The translations under genes and the position numbers were made by a program. Positions 1 through 30,652 of a DNA stretch of 64,000 nt are shown in pieces. Location: positions 538,400 through 602,399 of the forward strand of contig NMRA01000151.1 of assembly GCA_002633005.1 (NCBI GenBank). Direction: 5' to 3'. This DNA comes from Phoronis australis (taxonomy: Eukaryota > Animalia > Phoronida). The notes under the pieces were generated by a model. The model worked only from the letters and a program-made list of their open reading frames with translations. It made no database searches and had not been told where the DNA came from. Position 1 is the first letter of the stretch; every line of letters begins with the position of its first letter.

Positions 1-93
1 TGTACTCTGATTAATGGCAAACATTTTAATAAACGAAACCGCTGTTACGTGTGAGGGGAACAACCACGGGATTGCTCAGGAGTCATGGTGGGT

Positions 94-18030
<17,937 letters not shown>

Positions 18031-18149
18031 TGTTGAAACTACCTTGTTCTTGTACTCCGCTTCCCAAATGTGCAAAACTGCTGAATAACAGTTCGCTTGA
18101 GTGACGAATAGTATCGGTTGGGTAAACTGATTGAGTTCCGATTCGACAA

Positions 18150-18235
18150 AGCGTATTATACATTTCCGATTGGATCAACAGCCATCCTCCTGCCACACGC
18201 ATGCGCACTTCTTCAAATAGTGTGTAATTGGCTCG
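18150..18235 (-). promoter_or_regulatory. Putative PRDM14 proximal promoter
   Basis: Two minus-strand CCAAT boxes (18169-18173, 18227-18231) and an NRF1-like ACGCATGCGCA (18197-18207), 140-200 bp upstream of the inferred ATG. Confidence 0.35.
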
Positions 18236-18799
18236 AATGATCCTGAGGGCCAACGCAGATGAAAAGCTTTCAACTTTGGTGACTGCATCAAATCAAAGTT
18301 AGCGGAGCTCAAACATCACGTACAGGTGTGGTGTGAACTTCTGAATGAACCACTGACTTTTTCATCCAATGTCTGTTATGTTTTCACAGCCTTGACGTAG
18401 CTGACAGTGCATGCAACTTTCACTTGAGGAAGCCAGTTGACACCATAGCCCCAGCTCCGTCTGTGATGGCTCGAAGGTGTCGCTTTTTACCAACTATGAC
18501 ATTGATAATCACAATAATGACACTCACATGCCCGTATTCAGGGGGTGCGACGGCTGCAAATTGGTCCCCTCTCCCACCAGCATTTGGGGTCTGCTCATGA
18601 AACCGAGAATGGAGAGCTGCCGTAATTTAGTTTCCTGCTGAGTCTGGAGATTTTGATGTAAACGACTAAGGACTGTCGGGCACTGGGGCGACGATCATCG
18701 ATTGGCCGGGAGAGGGGCTTGAGACAAATCACGTGGTCAGCTAGTCACAATTTCTCACTTTAGAAGAGCCTTTAGCATACGAACACGAATGGCAATAAA

Positions 18800-19370
18800 A
18801 ATATATTAAAATAACATTACGAAGAACATTACGGTAGTTTTGATAACAGTTGCCGTGATAATGCATAATAAATGATAACCATAACAACAGCAACAATACC
18901 TACATTAACATTCCGCCATATCAACTAATACTTCTACTGCTGCCGCTGGCTGATGCTGCTGTTGTTGTTTCCCAGGCTGCTGCTGAAGGTGTTCATGTAT
19001 TTAATGACAATACTATTACTATGCATATTCCACTATTGCTACAGTTACTATTAGTACTGCTTATAAGAATAATAATAATGATATAGATAACAGTATGATT
19101 AATACAAGTTGATTATTGTAATCTTACTTGTATAGTTATAGCAATGGTGATAATGAGAATATTAATTGTATGACAATAACAACGCTAAAAAATGATAATA
19201 ATTATTATTATTACAGGTACTTTAATTATAATTATCATTATTGTTGTAGAGAAATGTAGTAGAATGATAAATAATAGCAAAAGGGATGTAAATCATAATA
19301 ATTGTAATAATTGATAGCTGTTATTATTATTGTTGTTGCTGTTATTTTTTGTTGTTATTATTACTTATTC
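18800..19370. repeat. Degenerate AT-rich trinucleotide low-complexity region
   Basis: Interspersed aat/att/gtt/gct runs with no ORF. Confidence 0.7.
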
Positions 19371-22300
19371 CACTACATTTTTCAACTCTTGGCGTTGCTG
19401 TCGCACGCTCACCCAAACTAAATCCGCATGTGACTCTGTACTAAAGGTACTTGGCTAATGATTATGTATGTAAAAAGAATCAAAAGTCGATGTTTAACGT
19501 TGACTTAAAATCCGTGAAAAAACTTGTTATAGTACCAGTATTATCGTTTCAAAAACCGACATGACCTGTTTTGCGCGAACAAAATAGTTAAATACTAGTG
19601 CATCGCGCACACGAAGAACTTGGAGCGGAATTTCAACGCTGTTATGGAACCGTAATTAGTTTGTTGCGTGTACATGTAGGGTCTTACAACAGAAGTGATA
19701 CCGTTTGGGATCGTTACTGTTGTATGCACACATATCATACTCCAGTGAACTATACAGTGGAAAAAACGTTTCATGGAAGGATATTAAGTACACAAAGCAC
19801 ACCTCCACCGTCAATAAGTTGCGATTTCACGAGTCCGGTGCATTATTTTTATGCTTGTAAGATGGACTGCATATCAACGCCCGGCCATCAACGTCCTTCT
19901 TTCCAGTAATCGAATGTATACTGCCTGTGTATAATTATATCAATGTGTGGGCAAAAACTTGTATCGCTTTTTGATCAATTTCTTAAGTTGCCATCAACAG
20001 TTATCAAACATGAAATGTATGCTATAGCAGTCCAACTTCATTATGTTCTACAAAAAACTCAATATTTGTATAAGTCATCGGGAAAACGTCTATCACAATG
20101 TACATTGCTGTAAGTGATATAAAGATGCTGAAGACATGCTTGAATTTTAGTGTAAAGGAGTTTTATCGACAATTTGGCAGCAAACGTTGGTCTAACATTT
20201 ACAAAAAGGGCCAGTTATGGTAGTCTCAGGTGGACACCTAAACGGTGGAATTCGAACATATTCGAGTGAAGCAACGTGTTTGTTTTTGTAATAGTTAGTA
20301 TATTACTGTCGCCGACCACAGAGGTAGACAAACACACTATCTAAATGGTTTGTTTTTATGAAATAGAATTAGAACGTTTAGTCTATGTTACCTAAAGACT
20401 ATTTCTTGTATTTATTTTCTATTTCTTGCAACTAAAATAGCATGTTTGACAACAAAAGTATGCTGACCATTCAACCAATGTTATCTTAGAATACAAGAGG
20501 ACATTTTTGAAAATACAGCAATTCTATTACGTGTTTATTTATTCTACGTTAAATACCCCAAATATTGTGGATGTGACTCAGCCGAGTTGTTAAACCAAGC
20601 AAGCAGTGAAGTATCCGAAGGACCCTTTTTCGGAAGGGGATTAGCACAGTTGAAATATCGATTCCTATTCACCAAGATGAAATGACTTGTTATTGTATTC
20701 ACTAGGTAAAGTGGTAAATGGTGAGGGCATTCCTACACCAATTTTCAACAAATATTTGGGTAAACTGATCATCCGCAGAGCTGATTTGAAAGAAAAAAAA
20801 GGGATGATATGACGATACAAGTAGTCACAACACAGAAAGTAAGACGTGATCGCAATAAAGTCAATGATTACATACCTTGGCAATATCTCCCACGCCTTCG
20901 AAACCCCCAACACGACTATAAATGGCAGGGGCGGATCGAGAACTTTTATTGCTGCATCTGCAAACTGATAACCCCCAACTCTGCTCATGCTCAAATTGAT
21001 AAAACAAGTGAACATAGTAAGAATGGGCATATTATAGAACAAACAATACTCGTCTCATTTTGAATAATAGACACCATGTCTGTAGCCACCCTCACCCCGC
21101 ATTTAGATTCATCCCGGCGGGCGATCGTTGCGGGTCAGGACCCAAATCGCTTCGGAAGAATCCGTCTGCGACGGGAGTGCAGGACGGCGAAAATGATTAT
21201 GTCCGTTGACGGATGATACACGAACATACAGTAGCTGTCAATCAACGCAGAGAATGGAGAATAAATCAAAAGTGGAGAAAAGATGTGTTGCTGAGCATAG
21301 CCATGGTCTGTGACAAATGTTGGCAACGGCACCCAGTGGTCAGTTTTTCTTTTTGTTAGTCTTGCTGGCACAGCTACCCGTTCTGCACTAACGCTGACTA
21401 AAATCCGCAACTTCTGCCACCCGTCACCACCCACTGGGGGGAGGGGGGTGGGTACAAGACAGTAGCGTCGCTGAGCTCACCCATGGCTTTCAGATCAACT
21501 AAATTTCACCACTGTTGTAGAGTAGTATTTTGTCGTTTGTAATTACACAAAAATACTGTTTCTAGCCCTAAGAATGGTTTTCAAAAAACGTTAGATAATC
21601 TCAGATGAAATTGTACACTGGTAATCTCAGCTGGTCTAAATGCCAATTACTGCAATTAATTTGTAATCAGGGAAGTCACACGTTATATTATGATCATTGA
21701 GGATGACGTGGGGATTTCGCAAGTGGACAAATTGACATGTGGCCTTTCAAGTGATGATAGCGCTGAGAGCCCCCGCGATGCCAGGGGCGGACGTAATTTC
21801 GGGGAGCCGAGATTAGTCGATGATGTGACCCTCCCGACTAATTGCCCATTTAGTTAAACAGATAAGAAATTATTTAAAGAAAGAAATGGTGGACAGCAAA
21901 TATGGTCGTTCTTCCACGAAGTGCTTTTCGTAAAAATCACTTCGTACGACAAATACATTTTCGGCCATCACCGTGGGAGAGTTTCAGTCACGTGCAGCAA
22001 TACTCTGGAAATTTTTTTTCTAGTGAAACTCCGATCAACGTGTAACAGGAGTGGCGATGGAATGTCAATACCCGCACCTGAAACAATTCGGGTGTTTTCG
22101 TGTAGCTCCTCAATAGTAACAGGCAATGACCGACCTCCACCACCCCTCGACCACCCTCCAATTGGTTGAGTGTATTTAACGTCATCACAAGTGAGAAGAA
22201 TTCATGTACAATCACAATACATGTAGCTATAGGCCTACTTGTCCACAAAACAAGTCCATTCAATGTGTCCGATTAAAGCGAACCTCGTCAAGACTGATAA

Positions 22301-23203
22301 GCAAGCAATCAAAATATTTAATGAGCAGATACAACCCCAAGCTAAAGTTTTCGAGTTTTTTCACACGTTTGACAGAAACAACAATTATAAAAGCAAATTT
22401 CATGTGCCCGTTGATCAGCAAGCGCAATTCTAGGCAACACGAGATGCTCGCCAGTGGACCATCATCGGCAGCGCGAGAAATCACAATTTCTACAGTTGAA
22501 CGGCAGCTAATAAAATGGGATGGACTCATAAATATTATCTTGCATCTTATCTACGCCATTCGATTATCCCATGGAGCGGGATGTTTCGGAAAAATCCGTC
22601 GTTGATAAAAAAACGAACACTTGTCTACACTACACAACTAACTAGTTTCAAACTAATGCTATGCAAGTTTTCAAAATCAATTATTTGAAAGTACAGAAAA
22701 GTCACAATGCAAGGGATCCATAGAGATCAGATTAAAAGAAAATGCATGAAGATATCCAACATGAATAAAGCACGTAATTATCATCCCCAATGACAGTGTA
22801 GATCTGAGTCATTGAAAAAAACCCAAAAGATCTGAGAAAATAGCTGTGTCTATTCTACAACAAAAATCCAGATGTCAAGTCATTGTGTTATTCCGGCAAC
22901 GATACAAAGATGTGTTCCTACCGTAAGCGAGCTAGTTGTGATATATTGTCGCACTCGACTCACAGTGTCGACTCTTTATATAATGTGTTTTGACTCATTC
23001 TATATACGTTCTGTCGGACCCATTATGTTCACTTTGACCCACTACGGTCATTTTTGTTTTTCATTTGTTAGTTTAGGTTTCAAAAATTATAGTTGAAAAA
23101 GACTGTTTAAAATATGAATTACGTTTCGATCAGTTGTGTTGGCATTAATTATGATAATTAAAGGCGATGCCTCGGCGCGTTGCTACTTGGGAACCAGGTA
23201 TGC

Positions 23204-23910
23204 CATAGGCGGATTTAGGGGAGGGGGGGCAGGCGTTTCCGTCGACTGCTCCATTGTGCAATGAAGAAAATTACTTCATTTTTTAAAGAGATTGGAACCT
23301 GAGTGACGATGAAAAAACAAAAGCTGCTGGTAAGATGTGAATTTTAATCGAAGCCTTAGTGAACCACTCAGGAATTCATAATTTTCTCTTTGTCAAACCT
23401 TAACTTAAGACGATTTCCAAAGCAATCCCGTCATTATTGCCAACACGAAAAACGGATTTGGTCTTTTGGGCAATTGAAGACTATTTTAAATACAACAAAT
23501 TTGTTACGAACCGATTGCACAAAATATAAAACGTGTAATAAGCATGACAAAAAAGTAGGTTTCGCGCGCAAACGCTGTGGACCGTAAACAAGTAGGAGTT
23601 TAGTCTTGGGGGTGTATTGGTAAATCACGCGCTCTATCTGCCAGATCGCGAGTTCGAGTATGCAGTTTTTCCTGTTTGACACGTTCTCCGTTTTTTTTTT
23701 TTTTTTTTTNNNNNTTTTTTTTTTTGTCTTTTTTCTTGGATAATATTTCAGGAATCAAGGAAAATGCTTGATTTGTAGAGGAAAAAACAGAAAAAATTTC
23801 CCGACATCCCCTCATTCATTGCTATGCGCATCTACAATCGTGGTTGGTGCAAATGCCGCTCACAGACAAAATGTTGGGCACCCCCTTGTGATATTCTAGA
23901 TCCGCCACTG
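23204..23910. mobile_element. Non-autonomous hAT-like MITE with 5-bp TSD (copy 1)
   Basis: Termini CATAGGCGGATTTAG...CTAGATCCGCCACTG form an imperfect TIR, flanked by the direct repeat TATGC (23199-23203 and 23911-23915). Confidence 0.8.
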
Positions 23911-26900
23911 TATGCTGTCATAAGTTTTAACTTAACCCGCGTTTAACTACTCAAAAGACGAAATGAGAAATGGGTTAGAAAAACTTTGCAGTTCGTTATT
24001 GTTTATGACCATACCCGACGCCTATAATGACCCACCGGGGCAAGCCGGTTGGTTTCCAGCAGTGCTGTTGTGATAAATTTTTAGGTACAAGTATATGTAC
24101 GACCGAAGCCCAGCGTATTATCTTGTTCGTTTACGTGTCACAACACCACGAAACACCGATCGCGTGAGGCTGCGTTTTTTGACGCAACCAAACAGTAAAA
24201 GGCGCAAATTGACTCGATGAGTGCGTCCACTTGGACGCAACTTTTTGTTCAAAAGTTGTGATAAATAAAGCTAAAGACAAATGAAAACTACTTGGTTCTT
24301 TTCTTTGATTACCATACCGTCCAGCTAGATTGTTTTCTGCGAAGCCAAACGCATGGCATCGTACATGTAGGTCCGTAAGTAGGTCATCACAACGCAGGTC
24401 AGAATATCCCGTTACAATTTTTTCGATAGGGGTTAGACTCAATAACGCAATGGCTTCGAAATGGGTGAATGTTATGAAATAGCAAACTTGTCTAATACTT
24501 AGCGAGTGTGTTTTTAATGATTTCGGGATAAAGTTTTATGGACCCCAAAGAATTCAAATAGACCCCCAAAAATATTGGAAGGTGTTTTAGGAAGACTAAG
24601 GCGAACAGTGACGATGTGTAGAAGCTACATTGAATATGAAAAAGGTGGTGTACTGCGTCTACGTGCATTTACACCCCATTACACCACTTGTCTCCAGCAA
24701 AAACAGATTATCAGTTCTTTCTACCTGCAGAACCCATGTAACGAGGACGGGAGGTTTCAATGTACTTGTACAAAACAGCGTTTAACACCTTTTCTGCTCC
24801 ATGTATCACAATACCAGCAATTTCACACTGGTGATGTAGCAAGACCCCACGGAAAATGCAAACCCCTTGAAACTTCCAGCTATGAAAGTCATCACGTTCC
24901 ACGTTTCCTTGTGCGAAGAATGATTGTTCGCAACTGCGAAGTCGCTGCTACTGATAAAGCGGGAGAATTTCTAGCCTAGCCGATGGAGACTGTTTCTTCA
25001 GCTCTGGGACTTTAACAGAACGAAAACGTTTTTGCGTTCACGTTACATTCGAGAGCGCCAATATGAAGTCTACCATTAAAAAGGATTAGTAATATTTTGA
25101 AAATTAATCCTCGCTATTTAGAATAGTGATGTTCATTTACTAACTTAGAATTTGTATATAAATTGGCATATAAAATTGTTCTCCTGAATACCACCAGGTG
25201 TCAACTAAATACAATTATCTTAATAGTCTATCCATCCTGCGAGCACAATCTGCTGTGTAGGCCTACATGTACTTCGATCTGGCTACGTCAGAGTATTTGC
25301 ATTCATGCATAGACGTTGTTATAATTTGTAAATGTTCCATAAAATTGGTCTGCGGCATTTATTGATTTTACCGCGAAACATCTCCATACATTGTATTTGG
25401 CACTTCAGAAGTTGTCCCATCTTGCGCACATTGGGCTTCTGCGTGTTTTCGTTATATTTTTCTTAACTTCTTGCAAAGGCAGTCGTTGTCATTAGAATGA
25501 AAAGACACAAAAGGTTTGAAAGTGATAACGTCTACTTATCTACAAAATCCTCAATGAAAGTGATCGAAAGCCTAGATTAGGTTTCTATATCGAGTCTTGA
25601 GCAAAACTGTAAAACCGATTGTGCCAAAGTGGAGAACAAAGAAAGGAACTGCTTCCATGTTTTGAATAAAATGATGTAATAATTGAAGAAACAGTGCTCT
25701 TTCTGTAAAGCACGCGAAGTCTACGGAGAGGTTGTTTCGCAAAGTCCGAAATACTCCATTTGTCGCTTCTCGGCAAGCAATAACAGTCAACTGTGGCATT
25801 GCTCTTCAATTCTCTGCTTTTCAGGAATAAGAAAAACACGCCTGTCTCCTAATAAAGTGTGCCCAAAACGGGCTGAATTTCACCAGGGTTTGCTGCGATA
25901 TGAGTGAGGGTGCGTTGGGTTTCGGGGGTGGCTTGAAGCCTGGAAAGGCCTGGCCGGGAGCGTTGGGTGACCCTGTAGCATGCGATGCTCGGGCGGGAAC
26001 CACTTTGATAAGAATTACGCGTTTTGTAGGCGAAAAGAATTTTATAGTCATTTTTTGTGAAAGGAAGCATGTATTGTTGCTGGCTACTGATGCTTTTAAA
26101 TACTTATTGAGTCTCCGAGTATTTAGGGTGATATTGAAATTGTTAATACGTACAGACCGAAATATTATTGGTCTATTTTGTCTCCTGGACAGTTAGATGT
26201 TCAAGAAAGACATTCAATAGGTTGTGGGTAAACACAAATACAACGCACAAAGATCAAGTAGATAAGTTAAACAAGAATGCCACAACCCATTTTGTATCAG
26301 TTTAGATCGAGTAGTTCCACTCGGTAACAGCAAGTTGAGTTTTTATACCTGACACCAGACGGTGGTATTGAAATTAGCAATGACTTCACAGGTTCTAACA
26401 TAGTCTGCTCACCTGTTCACAAGACGCTTACTGGTGTCAGCTTATCGCTTAAGTGAATTCATCGTTATAATCCAATAAATCATCAAAATTCGATGTAAAA
26501 CCCTTACAGATACATTGAGTTTTCAAACAAATGAGTTGTTGCGGGTTTGTAGAAATTTTGAGCGTACCGTCGTGTCCTACAAAGCTCAGGAGGCCAACTT
26601 ACCGAGGTCGGCCGCGGGAGTTTGGAATCTGGCGATAAATTATAATTATTCTTCCGTGAAATACAGACAGGAGAGCATAACCATGTGCTGTAGTTTTTGA
26701 CTTGCATTTTTTAAAGTTCTAAACACAAAACTCTCGTTATAACCCAATGGCTCGGAACCGATCAGGCTCGTCGCTCCCCGGGAAGACATTACAAACATAC
26801 ACGTAAAGCAACCGGATTGGTCGGCTGCGAAAGTTGAAAACTAAACTTCCATTCACGAAAAGACCAGACTAGTCAACCAAACAAATAATGTGCAAGTGAA

Positions 26901-29094
26901 TATTTTGGTAAATTCGCTGCGAAATTGCAAATCTACATACTTGTCAGGGGTCGCCAAGCCAGGTTACCCTTCCACAGAACCGTACAGGGAAAAGGTGTAC
27001 ACCCGGTCAATTAGTTTTATTGCATCTGAAGCCGGTAACACAGTATGATTTATTCATTTTTGATTTATCAAAGCATTTGCAGGCACGAACAATCCTAAGG
27101 CACTAAAAACTGTATATACTTAGACAGGCTTTGACACTTTGTTGTTGTTTTATATAAACTTTGGTTAGGTTGAGAATAGGTCATTTTGAAACAGAGCAAC
27201 GCCTGCCATAGACAATGAGATACTTCATGGGCTCATACTTGGTATTAACGGCGTACTCTTCGTTTTATAATACCGGAACTACTACCAAAGCATTTCGGGT
27301 TCTCGAGGAAATCTAAAAGAACGATATACCCGCTTTCCTCGCAGCTTCATGGTTCGCACCAGCCGGAACGATACGCCACACAATAGCAGCCCACAATGAG
27401 CTGAAGAGCCACTGACGTCGCTGCGTCGTGTACACACCTTCCTTACAGGTTAACGCGACAGCTTTCGGCGAAGCGAGATCGACTGCATACAAGGTTATGT
27501 AGACATGAGCCAATTAAGACGGTAACAAAACCTAATTAAATCAGGTGGAATTCTCCTTTAATATCATTGAAAAGATAAAGAAGATACATTATGGACCTAA
27601 ATATCTCTAAAGGACAATTTTCAAGTATCAAATTTCTGCTCATTCATTCAGCAATGCGAGCCATCCACTCTCGGTATTTTGGTCTCCTCCACCAGACTCC
27701 GTGTGCTTGTCTGAGAACTGACCCTATAGTTGACTGCATTATTAGACATAATGACGTCAATAATTAACGACAAAAGCCTTGTTTCATATTTTGCGCCGGA
27801 ATGGTATAATTAAGCCCAAGTTTGACATAGTTGGAGAGATGGACTATGCTTCATAGTTATATAACATAGCTCATGTTAGGTTAAAGCAATCTGCGCAATA
27901 CTTGCACACGAGCTAATTGCTCTTGTCATGAGCAATTAATTTCCACACGACCCTTGAGAACGTCTCGTTTGTTTCCGGGGGTGAAGGGGGTTGATGTTTA
28001 TTCAAGGCACGTGGAACCGCAGAAACAAAGACATGGTGTCCCAAGGTAATGGTAAATATCATAAGAACAATGTCTGAACAATCAACATGCAAATGATGTT
28101 TTTGCCAAACAAGATAGATTTAATAACATAACATTTCATTGGGCCTTATGTTATTTATTTCATTAGTCTTGTGCTGAGCTAAAATTGAACATTTAACTTT
28201 AAATTTATACATTGACTCCATTTAAAGATATAAAATATCTTCAAATGGAGTCTCAGTTATTAGAACTTAAACGTTTTCAATCTCTAGACCTTTTTCGTGT
28301 CTACATATTGTAGAGCATAATTACAATTCAATGTGTCGGTATTATACATAATACTACAAAGGTAATCGAAAAAGCCACCACATGACAACTTTAATTGAAC
28401 AATTGTTGCCTAAAATTGTTTGAAACAAACCGCATCGTCTATGTCACAAAGTTTACATTTACGTTCACATTTGGAGAACAAGTTCAGTGAAACAGAGTGC
28501 ACTTTTCGGTAATTTTCTTCTCGCCGCACAATGCACTTTGTCGTCTGCGGGAACTTGGCCTCAGCGCTGTCCAGTTACACAAAGGCAACACGTCTTTCAG
28601 ATTAATTACCGGTTTACACACAATTAGTTTAATTATTAATTTTCACCACGTCCCTCGTGTCTGGAGCACGGGGTAGAAAATATGCCATAAATGAACAGTG
28701 TTTAACATCCTAGCAGTAGTAATTTATATGCGCAACAGTGATACACTTGATCGAATCGGCAGCGAGACACGCTCCAGAAGCTAGTTTTCAGGGAAACAAC
28801 GTACATGACTGCGAACACAAGGTCAACATACAATGCAGAGTAATAGAGAAATTACAGAGAATATATAATGGCACTGTAGGTTACCCTGCAAAGCGGATGA
28901 GCGACAATTTACGATGGCAGACTTAGGGAAGTTCATGTACTGTTACATGTAAGAGTCACTGCATGAGAAAGACAGGCAGATGCGGGAACATTACATGTCA
29001 CGGATTTTTTTTTGAAATATAGCTTAGTTTTTCTCTTAGGCGGAATGGTCAACACCTAAAATAATTTTATTTATAGCACACATCACGAATTTTT

Positions 29095-29340
29095 GTCCGA
29101 CCGGTCGGAAATTGGTCGACGACCAGCCGTCGACCGGTCGTCTTGCCGACCAGCAGCCGACCAACAACGGTCGGCTTGGAGCCGTCTGCTGAGTCGCCTC
29201 TGTGGTCGGCACTTGGGTCAGCTAAGTGGTCGTCAAGTGTAGACGACCAATTCGGACTAAGCGTGTCCTTGGTCGGCAATTGACCTATCGCCAGGATTAT
29301 GACAGACGGCTTAATTGACCAATCAGAACGCAGCATTCTT
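29095..29340. repeat. CCGAC/GTCGG-rich repetitive segment, probably a DNA transposon remnant
   Basis: Dense ccgaccggtcgg, gtcgac and ggtcggc motifs in both orientations, in an otherwise AT-rich region. Confidence 0.55.
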
Positions 29341-29445
29341 GGCACACCTTCGTCTGCGTTTCCAAGCCGCCATTTTACTCGACAAACCACACGTAGTCGA
29401 GTAAAACTTACTTTAGTCTCTAGTTCAAGAAATTGTCCGCTAAGA

Positions 29446-29660
29446 ATGGGGAAACGGTGTTGATTTGGTGTGTGTAGCACCGACAGCCGTTATGCTGCTC
29501 CAGAATAATATCCCGTCATTTTTGGCATGTCCTAAGCCGAAAAATGATGTTGAAAAGCGTAAACTATGGATCAGAGTGTACGGCCGCACAAGCAGCTGAA
29601 CTTAGCGATGTTGCTTGACAACTCGAAGGCTTTAATAAACACAAATATGTTAGTTCCAAG
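29446..29660 (+). pseudogene. THAP-domain N-terminal fragment, probably transposon-derived
   Basis: Reads MGKRC*FGVCSTDSRY.../CPKPKNDVEKRKLWIRVYGR/.../NKHKYVSSK across stops and frameshifts, consistent with the THAP C-x4-C...P...W...CSxH pattern. Confidence 0.65.
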
Positions 29661-30327
29661 ATACGCACTTTTCAGCTTGGTGGCTATGGTGCAGGGCTAT
29701 CTCAGATTTTGACTCCCGAGTTTCCTATGCCTGGCCGCCTTTGTCTCGGCACCTGCTGGATCCCAGCACTCTAGCGGTAGTCCCCGAAAATTGTTGTTTT
29801 CAGGGACATTTTTATCTTATGTTTTTTTTTTAATTTTTTTCAACCTAATGGACATTATTTTGTTTCGTATCAGAGGTACATTTTTGTTATTCATAAACCG
29901 TAGGCTGGCGTTCAACTTAACTTCAAAATTCAGAGATTCGATCGGCACAGGGAAGAGCACTGGATAACTGCCGGAACTCACAGCCTTGGTAGAGCTGTTG
30001 TCACTAAAAATAAACTGTTGACTTACTTTTTGATGTGTACCCTCTAGTATAGACTATGTTTGTAGAGTTAGAGAGAGCTCATTTTGAAGTTGTTCAAACA
30101 TGATATTTAGATTTATGAAGCTTTAAAAAAGAATTTGAGTTATTTTTGTAAGTACCATATTTTTGCAACTACCACACCAGACTTGTAATCTTTCGTAACG
30201 ACTTAGTGATCATGCTACCTTCAAAATTAAATGAAAGCTACCTTTATGAAATGAAACTACAAAAAATGCTATAGTTCATAGGAAGGTAGGCCTAATTTAA
30301 ATGTCTTAATGGTGCAAACGGCAATTC

Positions 30328-30652
30328 CATAGGCGGATTTAGGGGGGAGGCAGGGGCCCCAGCCACCCCCCCCCCCTTGGCTGCCGCAAGCAATATGAAA
30401 CAGCAAGAGCATGAATCGTGAGGAAATATTGAGTTCAGTAACTAGGACCCGTAGCGGAAGAGGGGGGCTCAGACCCCAGATCGCGGCGGAATCGTGTTCC
30501 TGTTTTTTTAGTCCATCGATAGATTTTCTGAACAGAAGGTCCAACAGTCTACATCCCTGGCCCCTGCAACTTTCGGGCCGCCTTTGCACATACAATCGCA
30601 CTTTGCCCAACATATGTTGGGCTCCCCCTGTGGTATCCTAGATCCGCCACTG
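30328..30652. mobile_element. Non-autonomous hAT-like MITE with 5-bp TSD (copy 2)
   Basis: Same termini as 23204-23910 (CATAGGCGGATTTAG...CTAGATCCGCCACTG), flanked by AATTC (30323-30327 and 30653-30657). Confidence 0.8.

Noticed and set aside
24575-24979. 134-aa ORF and overlapping 63-aa antisense ORF
   Set aside because: No recognisable domain, no ATG start and no consistent exon partners.
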